From an uncultured bacterium (GTDB lineage Bacteria; Patescibacteriota; Minisyncoccia; UBA6257; GWB1-50-10): 64,000 nucleotides of DNA. Location of the stretch: assembly GCA_963722655.1 (NCBI GenBank), contig CAVRNT010000002.1, forward strand, positions 71,461 to 135,460, written 5' to 3'. Shown here piece by piece: positions 32,589-41,377 of this stretch; positions within the stretch are counted from its first letter, which is position 1; the number at the start of each line of letters is the position of its first letter. The position numbers were made by a program, and so were the translations under genes. Under the pieces are notes generated by a model. The model was not told where the DNA came from. It did no database searches and saw only the letters and a list, made by a program, of their open reading frames with translations.

Positions 32589-34412
32589 ATGGAAAAGAAC
32601 ATAAGGAATTTTTGCATCATCGCGCACATCGATCACGGCAAGTCCACCTTGGCCGACCGGCTGCTTGAACTCACCGGTACGGTGGAGAAGCGGAAGATGC
32701 AGGCGCAATATCTGGACCAGCTGGAACTGGAAAGGGAGCGCGGCATCACTATTAAAATGGCTCCCGTCAGGATGTACTACGCCTCGGGCGGGAAGGAATA
32801 CATCTTAAACCTCATCGATACCCCGGGGCACTCGGACTTCGGCTACGAGGTCTCCCGCGCCCTCCAGGCCGTCGAGGGCGGCATCCTCCTCGTGGACGCG
32901 ACCCAGGGCATTCAGGCTCAGACCCTGGCCAACTTCCGCTCGGCCAAGGAGGCGGGTCTCGTCATCCTCGGGGCCGTGAACAAGGTGGACCTCTTCCCGA
33001 AGGACAGCCCGGAGGTCGGGAAGATCAGAATCGAGCTTGCGAAGCTCATCGGCGCGGAGCCGGAAAGGATAATGCTCGTCTCGGGCAAAACAGGCGAGGG
33101 TGTGAAAGAACTTTTGGACAATATCGTCACCCAGGTTCCGTCTCCGCATGAACGGCTTTCGGATTACGACCGGCGGTCCTCGGCGGCGCTCTCGCGCGCC
33201 CTCATCTTTGACTCATTCTATGACGACCACAAAGGCATAATCGCCTCCGTCCGCGTCTTCGATGGCCGCATCCGCAACCACGACGACTTCGTCCTCGCCG
33301 CGGTCAAGGCCTCCGGCAAGCTCAAGGAGATCGGCTTCTTCTCGCCGCAGCTGACCCCGGCCGATGAGATCGGCCCGGGGGAGATCGGCTATGTCGCGAC
33401 CGGCGTCAAAGACACGGCGCTCCTCAAGATAGGCGACACGCTCATAGCGAATCCGCCCCAAGGCCTGGACCCGAGGGCGGCGGCGCTCCACGGCTACAAC
33501 GAGCCTCACCCCGTCGTCTACGTCTCCTTCTATCCCGAGGAGGCGGGGGATTACGACCTCCTAAAGCGCAGTCTGCTCAAACTTCATCTGAACGATTCGG
33601 CTTTGAACATCGAGCCGGACCAGAACGAGGTCCTGGGCCGCGGCTTCAAGGTGGGCTTCTTGGGCCGCCTCCACTTCGAGATCACGGCCGAGCGCTTGAA
33701 GCGGGAGTTTAACGTCGGCACCGTCAGTACCTTTCCCTCGGTGCTCTACCGCGTGAAGACCAAGGATGGCTGGCGGACCATCGTGAAGCCGGAGGAACTG
33801 CCCGAGATCTACGAGGAGATCCAGGAGCCGATGGTGAACGTGACCATCCTCGTTCCGGCCTCGTCGCTCTCCGCCATCTTCCCGATATACGGCCGGTTCC
33901 AGTTGAAAGACGTTCAAACTTCCACTCTGGACGACCAAGCGAAGGTGGATGCGGTGATGCCCCTCGCCGAATTGATTTCCGATTTTGACGACCAGCTCAA
34001 ATCGCTCACCTCCGGCTTCGCTTCGATGTCCTACGAGCTCGCCGGCTACGAGAAGGCGGACGTCGTTCGGGTGGACATGGCCGTCGCGGGCGACAATATT
34101 CCTGGCCTCTCGCGCTTCTTCCCGCGCGTCACGGCGGAGACGGAGGGCCGGCGGATGGCCGAGAAGCTCAAGAACACGCTACCCCGCCAGCAGTTTTCCC
34201 AGGCGGTCCAAGCGAAGATCGGCGGCAAGATAATCGCGAGGGAGGACATCCCGGCCCTGCGCAAGGAGCTGGGTAACTTCGGCAAGAACGGCGGCGACCG
34301 GACGCGGAAGATGAAGCTCTGGGCCAAGCAGAAGCGGGGAAAGGAGAAGCTCCTCGCGAACGCCCGCGTCACCATCCCGCCCCAGCTTTTCAAAGAGCTA
34401 CTAAAGAAATAA
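32589..34412 (+). CDS. lepA: elongation factor 4 (LepA)
   Basis: 'NFCIIAHIDHGKSTLADRLL' G-domain and the LepA C-terminal domain. Confidence 0.97.
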   Translation: MEKNIRNFCIIAHIDHGKSTLADRLLELTGTVEKRKMQAQYLDQLELERERGITIKMAPVRMYYASGGKEYILNLIDTPGHSDFGYEVSRALQAVEGGILLVDATQGIQAQTLANFRSAKEAGLVILGAVNKVDLFPKDSPEVGKIRIELAKLIGAEPERIMLVSGKTGEGVKELLDNIVTQVPSPHERLSDYDRRSSAALSRALIFDSFYDDHKGIIASVRVFDGRIRNHDDFVLAAVKASGKLKEIGFFSPQLTPADEIGPGEIGYVATGVKDTALLKIGDTLIANPPQGLDPRAAALHGYNEPHPVVYVSFYPEEAGDYDLLKRSLLKLHLNDSALNIEPDQNEVLGRGFKVGFLGRLHFEITAERLKREFNVGTVSTFPSVLYRVKTKDGWRTIVKPEELPEIYEEIQEPMVNVTILVPASSLSAIFPIYGRFQLKDVQTSTLDDQAKVDAVMPLAELISDFDDQLKSLTSGFASMSYELAGYEKADVVRVDMAVAGDNIPGLSRFFPRVTAETEGRRMAEKLKNTLPRQQFSQAVQAKIGGKIIAREDIPALRKELGNFGKNGGDRTRKMKLWAKQKRGKEKLLANARVTIPPQLFKELLKK

Positions 34413-34421
34413 AATACCTGT

Positions 34422-34733
34422 ATGCTACGCAACTGGCGGTGGATCGCTTTCGCTATCGTCGTCCTCATCCTCGGCTGGGGACTCGTGAGCCTGATCAGCA
34501 CCAATAATTCATACCAGTCGCAGGAAGCGGCACTTTCCTCCCAGCTCGCGGAGCTCCATGAGCAGAACATCTCGCTCCAAAATGAGCTAGATTCCCTCAA
34601 AAACCCCCAGAATCTCATCAACATCCTCAAGTCGCAGACGAACTACGTGGAGCAGGGCGAAAAACTCATCATCATCACGTCGCCGAATTCCACTTCCACG
34701 GCCACGTCTTCGGCGACGAGCACTGGCCAATAA
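34422..34733 (+). CDS. septum-formation initiator (FtsB/DivIC-like) protein
   Basis: Single TM followed by a coiled-coil 'LSSQLAELHEQNISLQNELDSLKN'. Confidence 0.5.
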   Translation: MLRNWRWIAFAIVVLILGWGLVSLISTNNSYQSQEAALSSQLAELHEQNISLQNELDSLKNPQNLINILKSQTNYVEQGEKLIIITSPNSTSTATSSATSTGQ

Positions 34734-34761
34734 CGCGGCATCGTTGTAATATCCAAATCAA

Positions 34762-34832
34762 GCGGAATTAGTACAGTGGTAGTACGCTTGCTTCCCAAGC
34801 AAGATGCACGGGTTCGATTCCCGTATTCCGCA
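34762..34832 (+). tRNA. tRNA-Gly(CCC)
   Basis: Cloverleaf read by hand: acceptor GCGGAAT/ATTCCGC, D-stem GTAC, anticodon stem CTTGC/GCAAG with loop TTCCCAA, T-stem ACGGG/CCCGT with loop TTCGATT. Confidence 0.85.
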
Positions 34833-34855
34833 CCCAAGATTGCCGGAATGGTAGA

Positions 34856-34884
34856 AAAAGCCCACCTTACGAGGTGGGCTTTTG
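34856..34884. terminator. bidirectional rho-independent terminator between tRNA-Gly (+) and the M15 peptidase (-)
   Basis: aaaagcccacc-ttacga-ggtgggctttt. Confidence 0.7.
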
Positions 34885-34891
34885 CATCAAT

Positions 34892-35551
34892 TTAACTACT
34901 CTCTGGAATTTTTGAAAAATCAGGTGCACCGCAACTTTTTAAGTCACTAAGAGTTAATGGTTGATTGTCTTTAGCGCGTTCGGCCATTATCGGGCAGGGT
35001 AGTGTGAGTGGCGCTGGTCTCATGCCTGCTGCGAATTGATCTGTTACTAGTCCGTCCCTGTATTCAAAGTGAGGATAGTCCCCAGCTCCACCGTTGCTTA
35101 GACCGCAATATGCGCCTATCGCTATTAGTTTCTGCCAATTGATGTCATAGCCCCTCCATTTATCGACGACGTCCACCGCAAAACCGTAATTGTGCAGACT
35201 GTGCCCCGGCTCCGCTTCGGTAACAATATGTCCGTCTTCTAATCTCCCTTGATCGTATATCTGTTGCTGCTCCGCCACGCTCCTAAAACCAGCGGTAATG
35301 CGCAATGTGTATCCGTACACCGCGGCGGTGGGGATAAAGCAGTTGTTTACTTGGTTGATAAAATTAGGATCTAATCCAGCTGGGACCGGAACCGCTCTAG
35401 CTATAGGAACAATAAAATGTCGCACCAGTAACACTAGGCTGGCGGCCGCAAATAATAAATCTATGGCGATGATCCAGCGACGCACTTCAGGTTCCATTGT
35501 ATCGAATTCTGGCTCATCATAACTTGTCCATGAAAAAAAATCTAATGTCAT
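34892..35551 (-). CDS. peptidase M15 (VanY/D-Ala-D-Ala carboxypeptidase-like) with an N-terminal TM
   Basis: 'GFRSVAEQQQIY', 'SLHNYGFAVDVV', 'HFEY' (zinc ligands). Confidence 0.7.
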   Translation of the reverse strand: MTLDFFSWTSYDEPEFDTMEPEVRRWIIAIDLLFAAASLVLLVRHFIVPIARAVPVPAGLDPNFINQVNNCFIPTAAVYGYTLRITAGFRSVAEQQQIYDQGRLEDGHIVTEAEPGHSLHNYGFAVDVVDKWRGYDINWQKLIAIGAYCGLSNGGAGDYPHFEYRDGLVTDQFAAGMRPAPLTLPCPIMAERAKDNQPLTLSDLKSCGAPDFSKIPESS

Positions 35552-35700
35552 CCACCCAAGGCAGGACGCGCTGATGTGCTCGAGATTGCCTCATTAGCAA
35601 CACAATGCCAGCCTTAAGACTGAAAAAAAATCCTCGAGGCAATTTATCCGTTTTCCACAGGTCGGACTGAAACGATTATTCTATACTTAGAATCGTTTCA

Positions 35701-36255
35701 ATGAATACCTTGGTCCCCAAGCGGATGTTCTTCACGAAAGGCGTCGGACGCCACAAGGAGCAGCTGCAGTCGTTCGAGATGGCACTGCGGGATGCCGGCA
35801 TCGCCGAATACAACTTGGTGATGGTGAGCTCCATCTTCCCGCCGAACTGCAAACGGGTCTCAAAAGATGACGGCAAGAAGCTCCTGAATCCCGGCCAGGT
35901 CGTTTTCTGCGTCATGGCCCGGAATGCCACGAACGAGCCGAACCGGCTTGTCGTTTCGTCCATCGGATTGGCTCAGCCCAGCGACCCGAACCAGTACGGC
36001 TACCTCTCCGAGCACCATTCCTTCGGCGAGACGGAGGAAAAGGCGGGGGAATACGCCGAGGACCTGGCGGCCACGATGCTCGCGACCACCCTGGGACTGG
36101 AATTCGACTCCAACGCCGCCTGGGATGAGCGGGAGGAGGTTTACAAGGCCTCCGGGAAGATCTTTAAGACCACAAACATCACCCAGTCGGCCGAGGGCCA
36201 CAAGGACGGCCTTTGGACGACCGTGGTCGCCGCCGCCGTTCTCATTTTCGAGTGA
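35701..36255 (+). CDS. pdaD: pyruvoyl-dependent arginine decarboxylase
   Basis: '[42 protein letters not shown]', including the Ser-Ser self-cleavage site. Confidence 0.8.
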   Translation: MNTLVPKRMFFTKGVGRHKEQLQSFEMALRDAGIAEYNLVMVSSIFPPNCKRVSKDDGKKLLNPGQVVFCVMARNATNEPNRLVVSSIGLAQPSDPNQYGYLSEHHSFGETEEKAGEYAEDLAATMLATTLGLEFDSNAAWDEREEVYKASGKIFKTTNITQSAEGHKDGLWTTVVAAAVLIFE

Positions 36256-36285
36256 CCGGGCATAAAAGCTAATGGAACCAGCCCA

Positions 36286-36314
36286 TTGTCAATCAATGGG
36301 CATCGTGATATAAT
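36286..36314 (+). promoter_or_regulatory. sigma70 promoter (TTGTCA, 17 bp spacer, TATAAT), leaderless for ATG 36322
   Basis: Consensus hexamers. The ATG lies 8 nt after the -10. Confidence 0.55.
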
Positions 36315-36321
36315 TCAAATA

Positions 36322-38772
36322 ATGGAAATGCTTAAGGGAAATTCTGGGGAGGTGTTTGAACCACCCAAGAACGAGGGAGAGCAAAAGCCGGAGCAGGAGA
36401 AGCCGGCGGAGAGCCAGCCGCTTAAAACGGCTGCGGAGGTCGCGACCGGAGAAAAGAAGCCGGAAAAACCGGCCGAGGCTGGGCTGGAGCCGAAAGCAGA
36501 GGAGTTGAGCGACGAGCAAAAAGAGAAGAAGTTAGAAAAGTCTCCGGAAGCGACGGAAGTGAAAAAAGAGATAGACGCGATGCCTCGCGAAGAAAAAATG
36601 GGACTGTGGCGCGGCATCAAAAGCGCCGGCTTTTATGCGATGAAGGGTAAAAGCAGTTTCTTCGCCGGTACTTTCGAAAAACTCGGCGGAAAATCCGATT
36701 CTCAAAAGACACTCTCGCGTTTCATGTCCGGCCTGGCTGAAACTTACCGCCGTGACGAAAAGAGTGCCGACAAAAAACTCGAGGATGCCCGGAAAGGTAA
36801 GACTCATATTTGGATCAGTTCCGGATCCCTGTTCGGCAATCTCATTAAATACGGCCGCATTGTCGGCGACGTTGCCAGTTGGACGGCTTCAATGCCGCTC
36901 CGCTATGCGATGCTCGGCAGCGCCGGATTTGCGCGCATATCCGAATCGGCTAAAGAGGCGCGGTTCAAGAACGAGGAATTAATGGATAAGACCCGCATCC
37001 AGGATGCCGACCAAGCGTCGGAAGAGGCGTGGAAGATATATGAAAAGGCCAAAGAGAAAAACGGCGGCCAACCGGTGAAAAGCGAGGATCTACAAAAGGC
37101 TTACAACAAGGAACTTCCGGCCGACCTTTTGGAACGGCTCCAAAAGCCGTCGCTCACCGAGAAGGTCGGGATGGCCAACCGCGTTGTCCAGAACGTCGCC
37201 AAGTGGAACATAGAACGCTCGGCCGAGAAGATCCAGAAGAAATTGGACGAGATCCAATTCAATAAAGACCTAAGCAAATCCCAAAAGGCGGCCGGGCAGA
37301 AGAAAATAATGGACAAATACGAACGGCGCCTCAAGGACTGGGACCGTGCGGTCACCCAGTATGGCACGGTCGACGCCTTGGCGATGGGGGCACGCTACGC
37401 CGAACTCGCCGGCAAGACCGCGGTCATCGCAATGACAGCGGAAACCTTGGCCTCGGGCATCGAGCATATACCGAAGGTAATCCACAATATCGCCAATCTT
37501 TTGAGCAAATCCGACCTTAGTCATGTTGTCGAAACGACAGCCATCGGCCATATCACTGGTAATCCGGAGATTCATCCGGACATATCGGCCATGCACGGCA
37601 CAGCGCCGCACGAATTCGCCACGGCTCAAGCCGACCGCCTTGCTCAACCAATGCTGGGACATCGGCCAATGCCGGCATACCTCAGCTCTACCACACCACA
37701 CGAAGCAGCTATGGGTATGACACCGCACGAAGCGGCACCGGAAATACCGCGTGGCGCGCCCGTACCGGTGCCGGAAGCATTCGTAAACCCGGAATATTCA
37801 GCGGTCATACCCAAAAACGGTTCCACTTGGGAGGCAGCCAAGTCCATCGGTTTGAACGACAAAGAGTTCGCGGCGGCCTGGAGCAATCCAGAATCGGTTG
37901 TCCACACCGCCCAAGGCGTCGTCCATATCTCTGAGGCTAATGTAGTCCACCCGGGCGACATTGCAAATTACATCCCGGGGAAGAACGGCGGCGTCGGCCA
38001 TTTTGATATCTTCCCGGCAAGTGGCCAGCATATTGGCACGGGTGCAGTTTTGGAGCATGTCGCGCCGCTGAAACCGCTCGATATGAGCGCGCCGCAAGGA
38101 CCGTCGCCCTTAACGCAAGAAGCCTTCGGCAATCCGCCACCGGCCGGCCACGAGAACGTAATGGGCTATCCCGACCATCCGCCGGTCATCCCGACGCACC
38201 CCGACCATCCGCCGGGGAACCCGGTTTGGGAGTTCAACAACCAGCCGACCACACCGGAGCACGCTGCGATTCCTCCGCATCCGGAGGCAACCCAAGCTTT
38301 CGTTCATCCGCCGGAAACCCCAAAGTCGATGCCGAACATCGACCAAGCTATTCACAATGTGGAGATAAATTCAGCCGTGGAGAACGTCCCGATGCACACG
38401 AATGATATGATCGGTGATGCGCACATCGGCTATGACAGTGCCGGCCAATTGACCCTGGATACCGGAAACGTCACCCTGTTCAACGAACAGTCGGCGTACG
38501 AAAACCTATCTAAGAACTATGCTGCGGCGCTCAAAGAGCTCACTGCCAATAACCATATGGACTTCCAAAACGCAGTGGACAACGTGAAGAGTAGTGCTCG
38601 ACAGATCTTCAAGGCCATCCACATTTACGGCAACTTGCGCGGCAACACCAGCACGAAACCTGAAATGCTAACCGCTCTCAAAGAGATGATCACGAACGAG
38701 ATCGGCCGGATGACCAAGATCTACGGTCCCGACATCATCGACAAATCCAAGCTCGCCGAATTCTTGAAATAG
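36322..38772 (+). CDS. large lineage-specific hypothetical protein (K/E-rich N-terminus, His/Pro-rich central repeats)
   Basis: ~816 aa. Repeated 'TPHEAA', 'HP', 'DHPP' motifs. No known domain recognised. Confidence 0.5.
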   Translation: MEMLKGNSGEVFEPPKNEGEQKPEQEKPAESQPLKTAAEVATGEKKPEKPAEAGLEPKAEELSDEQKEKKLEKSPEATEVKKEIDAMPREEKMGLWRGIKSAGFYAMKGKSSFFAGTFEKLGGKSDSQKTLSRFMSGLAETYRRDEKSADKKLEDARKGKTHIWISSGSLFGNLIKYGRIVGDVASWTASMPLRYAMLGSAGFARISESAKEARFKNEELMDKTRIQDADQASEEAWKIYEKAKEKNGGQPVKSEDLQKAYNKELPADLLERLQKPSLTEKVGMANRVVQNVAKWNIERSAEKIQKKLDEIQFNKDLSKSQKAAGQKKIMDKYERRLKDWDRAVTQYGTVDALAMGARYAELAGKTAVIAMTAETLASGIEHIPKVIHNIANLLSKSDLSHVVETTAIGHITGNPEIHPDISAMHGTAPHEFATAQADRLAQPMLGHRPMPAYLSSTTPHEAAMGMTPHEAAPEIPRGAPVPVPEAFVNPEYSAVIPKNGSTWEAAKSIGLNDKEFAAAWSNPESVVHTAQGVVHISEANVVHPGDIANYIPGKNGGVGHFDIFPASGQHIGTGAVLEHVAPLKPLDMSAPQGPSPLTQEAFGNPPPAGHENVMGYPDHPPVIPTHPDHPPGNPVWEFNNQPTTPEHAAIPPHPEATQAFVHPPETPKSMPNIDQAIHNVEINSAVENVPMHTNDMIGDAHIGYDSAGQLTLDTGNVTLFNEQSAYENLSKNYAAALKELTANNHMDFQNAVDNVKSSARQIFKAIHIYGNLRGNTSTKPEMLTALKEMITNEIGRMTKIYGPDIIDKSKLAEFLK

Positions 38773-38832
38773 AGGCACGGGTAATCTAAACTCCTTTCGT
38801 AACCCTTAGGCAGGAGAACTAAGGGAATTTAC
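38764..38832 (+). promoter_or_regulatory. uvrB promoter (TTGAAA, 17 bp spacer, TAAACT) plus a leader hairpin that encloses the SD
   Basis: -35 at 38764-69, -10 at 38787-92. The inverted repeat cccttag...ctaaggg flanks 'aggaga'. The architecture is identical upstream of uvrA. Confidence 0.55.
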
Positions 38833-38838
38833 GTGTAT

Positions 38839-40824
38839 ATGAACACTTTCAAGCTCGAATCCAAAAACCGGCCCAGTGGAGACCAACCGAGGGCGATAGA
38901 GAAGCTCGTCGTGGGCCTCAAGAAGGATTACCGCTACCAGACGCTCATGGGTGTCACGGGTTCCGGCAAGACCTTCACGATGGCGAACGTGATTGAGAAG
39001 GTCGGTAAGCCGACCTTGGTCATCGCCCATAACAAGACCCTGGCCGCCCAGCTCACGAACGAGTTTCGCGAGCTTTTTCCTCATAGCTCGGTAAACTATT
39101 TTGTCTCTTACTACGACTATTACCAGCCGGAGGCCTATATGCCTTCATCCGACACCTACATCGAGAAAGAGGCAATGGTGAACGACGAGATCGACAAGCT
39201 CCGCCACGCGGCGACGACCGCACTTTTAACCCGCAAGGACGTCATCGTCGTCGCCTCCGTCTCGTGCATCTACGGTTTGGGAGCGCCGGAGGTCTACGCC
39301 GAGAACATCTTCCACCTGAAACCCGGCGACAAAGTTAAGCGCGACGCATTCATCCGCAAGCTCGTGGAGCTCCAGTTCAACCGTACGACCGCCGACCTCA
39401 CCCGCGCCACCTTCCGCGTCCGCGGCGACAACTGGGAGATAATGCCGCCCGATAGAGAGATCATCTATAACTTCGCCATCAAGAACGGCGCGATCGAGAA
39501 AATCTACGAGGTAAATCCGGTAGAAGGTTTCCGCCCGGGGATCACGCCAACCCTGGACGAGATCTACGTCGCCCCGGCCAAGCACTTCATCACCCCGCCC
39601 GAAGACCGCGCCCGGGCCGTGAAGGAAATAGAAGCGGAGCTCAAGGCGCGCCTCAAGGTCTTTGAGAAGGAGAAGAAGTTCCTGGAGGCCGAACGTCTGG
39701 AGCGTCGGACCAAGGCCGACATCGCGATGATGCGCGAGGTGGGTTACTGCCACGGCATCGAGAACTATTCCCGCATCCTCTCCGGCCGCGGTGCCGGCGA
39801 GCCGCCCGAAACCCTCTTGGACTATTTCCAAGGGGAGTTCCTCACCATCATCGACGAGTCCCACGTCACGGTTCCGCAGATCCAGGGAATGTACGAAGGC
39901 GACGCCTCGCGCAAAAAGACGCTCATCGAGTACGGTTTCCGTTTGCCCAGCGCGGCCGACAACCGCCCTTTGCGCTTCCATGAGTTCACCGAAAGGACGG
40001 GGCAGACGATCTTCACTTCGGCCACGCCCGCCGAGTTCGAGAAGAAGGTGAGCGCCCAAATCGTTGAGCAGATCATCCGCCCGACGGGGCTCGTGGACCC
40101 GAAGATAACGATGCGCCCGGTGCGCGGCCAGATTGATGACCTCATCCCACGAATCGAGGACCGGGTGAAGAAAAGTGAACGGGTGCTCGTGACAACCCTG
40201 ACCAAAAAGATGGCTGAAGACCTGAGTGCCTATCTCGAAGAACGGAAGATAAAAGTGACCTACCTCCACAGCGACGTGGAAACGTTAGACCGCATCAAGA
40301 TATTGACCAACCTCCGCCGGGGCTCGGCCAAGGGTGGTTTCGACGTTCTCGTGGGCGTGAACTTGCTCCGGGAGGGGTTGGACCTACCGGAGGTCTCGCT
40401 CGTCGCGATCCTCGACGCCGACAAAGAGGGCTTCCTTCGGAGCGAAACGGCCCTCATCCAGACGATCGGTCGAGCGGCCCGCAACGTCGAGGGCGAGGTC
40501 TTGATCTACGCCGACAACATCACCGGCTCCATCAAGCGGGCGGTGGGGGAGACGGAGCGCCGCCGCGAGATCCAAATTGCGTATAACAAAGAGCACGGCA
40601 TCACGCCCAAGACCATCGTGAGGGAGATCAAAGACATCCTGCCGACCGAGGAGATATTGAAACTGGAGACCAAGCCGCTCCCGAAATCCAAAAAGTCGCT
40701 TGAAACGCTCGTCAAAGAGAAGCAGAAGGAGATGAAGGAGGCGGCGGAGAAGCTGGACTTCGAGCTCGCCGCCATACTGCGGGACGAGATTATCGCTTTA
40801 AATAAAAAGTTGAAAGCGAAATAA
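38839..40824 (+). CDS. uvrB: excinuclease ABC subunit B
   Basis: 'FKLESKNRPSGDQPRAIEKL', 'GVTGSGKTFTMANVI'. Confidence 0.97.
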   Translation: MNTFKLESKNRPSGDQPRAIEKLVVGLKKDYRYQTLMGVTGSGKTFTMANVIEKVGKPTLVIAHNKTLAAQLTNEFRELFPHSSVNYFVSYYDYYQPEAYMPSSDTYIEKEAMVNDEIDKLRHAATTALLTRKDVIVVASVSCIYGLGAPEVYAENIFHLKPGDKVKRDAFIRKLVELQFNRTTADLTRATFRVRGDNWEIMPPDREIIYNFAIKNGAIEKIYEVNPVEGFRPGITPTLDEIYVAPAKHFITPPEDRARAVKEIEAELKARLKVFEKEKKFLEAERLERRTKADIAMMREVGYCHGIENYSRILSGRGAGEPPETLLDYFQGEFLTIIDESHVTVPQIQGMYEGDASRKKTLIEYGFRLPSAADNRPLRFHEFTERTGQTIFTSATPAEFEKKVSAQIVEQIIRPTGLVDPKITMRPVRGQIDDLIPRIEDRVKKSERVLVTTLTKKMAEDLSAYLEERKIKVTYLHSDVETLDRIKILTNLRRGSAKGGFDVLVGVNLLREGLDLPEVSLVAILDADKEGFLRSETALIQTIGRAARNVEGEVLIYADNITGSIKRAVGETERRREIQIAYNKEHGITPKTIVREIKDILPTEEILKLETKPLPKSKKSLETLVKEKQKEMKEAAEKLDFELAAILRDEIIALNKKLKAK

Positions 40825-40900
40825 ACTGGACGCTCTTGTCCAGCCATTGTTGTTGTAATTTTTACTGCACCCATTCCCAAAATGGGGCGTATTAAACTTT

Positions 40901-41269
40901 ATGAAGATACACTTGGAATGCAACGGTTTCGCCCTCACGCCGGCCATCAAGGAGCATGTGGAGCGGAAAATCGGCTCCTTGAGCAAGCCCTTGAAGCGCT
41001 TTGAAGCGAACGGGGAGCTCTTGGCCCTAGTGGAAGTGGGCCGGACGACCCATCACCACAGAAAAGGCGATATCTTCCGCACCGTCATCAACATCATCGG
41101 GCTACCGGGAAGGGTATTCCGGGCCGAAAACCGCAGTACGAACCTCATCGCCGCCGTGGACGGATTGAAAAACCGGCTCTGGGACGACCTCGTAAAATAT
41201 AAGAAAAAGCTGGTCAAACAATCCAAGCACGGCTACCGGTGGATAGGGAAGCGGTTCAAGATAGGGTAG
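40901..41269 (+). CDS. hpf: ribosome hibernation promoting factor (HPF/RaiA)
   Basis: 'MKIHLECNGFALTPAIKEHVERKIGSL...AAVDGLKNRLWDDLVKYKKK'. Confidence 0.8.
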   Translation: MKIHLECNGFALTPAIKEHVERKIGSLSKPLKRFEANGELLALVEVGRTTHHHRKGDIFRTVINIIGLPGRVFRAENRSTNLIAAVDGLKNRLWDDLVKYKKKLVKQSKHGYRWIGKRFKIG

Positions 41270-41303
41270 CACTCCGGAGGAGGTTCAAAACCTCCTCACG
41301 TTA

Positions 41304-41377
41304 TTGAAATCCGGCGGGCTTTATACTAAACTCGCCTCATACCCCCTTAGGAAGGAGAACCGAGGGGACATTTCTGT
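41304..41377 (+). promoter_or_regulatory. uvrA promoter (TTGAAA, 17 bp spacer, TAAACT) plus a leader hairpin around the SD. It matches the uvrB upstream region
   Basis: -35 at 41304-09, -10 at 41327-32. 'cccttaggaaggagaaccgaggg'. ~75% identity with 38782-38838. Confidence 0.55.

Noticed and set aside
31518-32708. 396-aa minus-strand ORF
   Set aside because: It is antisense to the DUF4012-like gene and the lepA start. Arg/Val/Gly-rich, no motifs
38820-38845. Possible LexA/SOS box near the uvrB start (GTGTATATGAACAC)
   Set aside because: It is only a loose palindrome, it overlaps the start codon, and it is not shared with the uvrA upstream region. The shared promoter/hairpin motif is the better-supported signal
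39226-40269. 347-aa minus-strand ORF
   Set aside because: Antisense to uvrB
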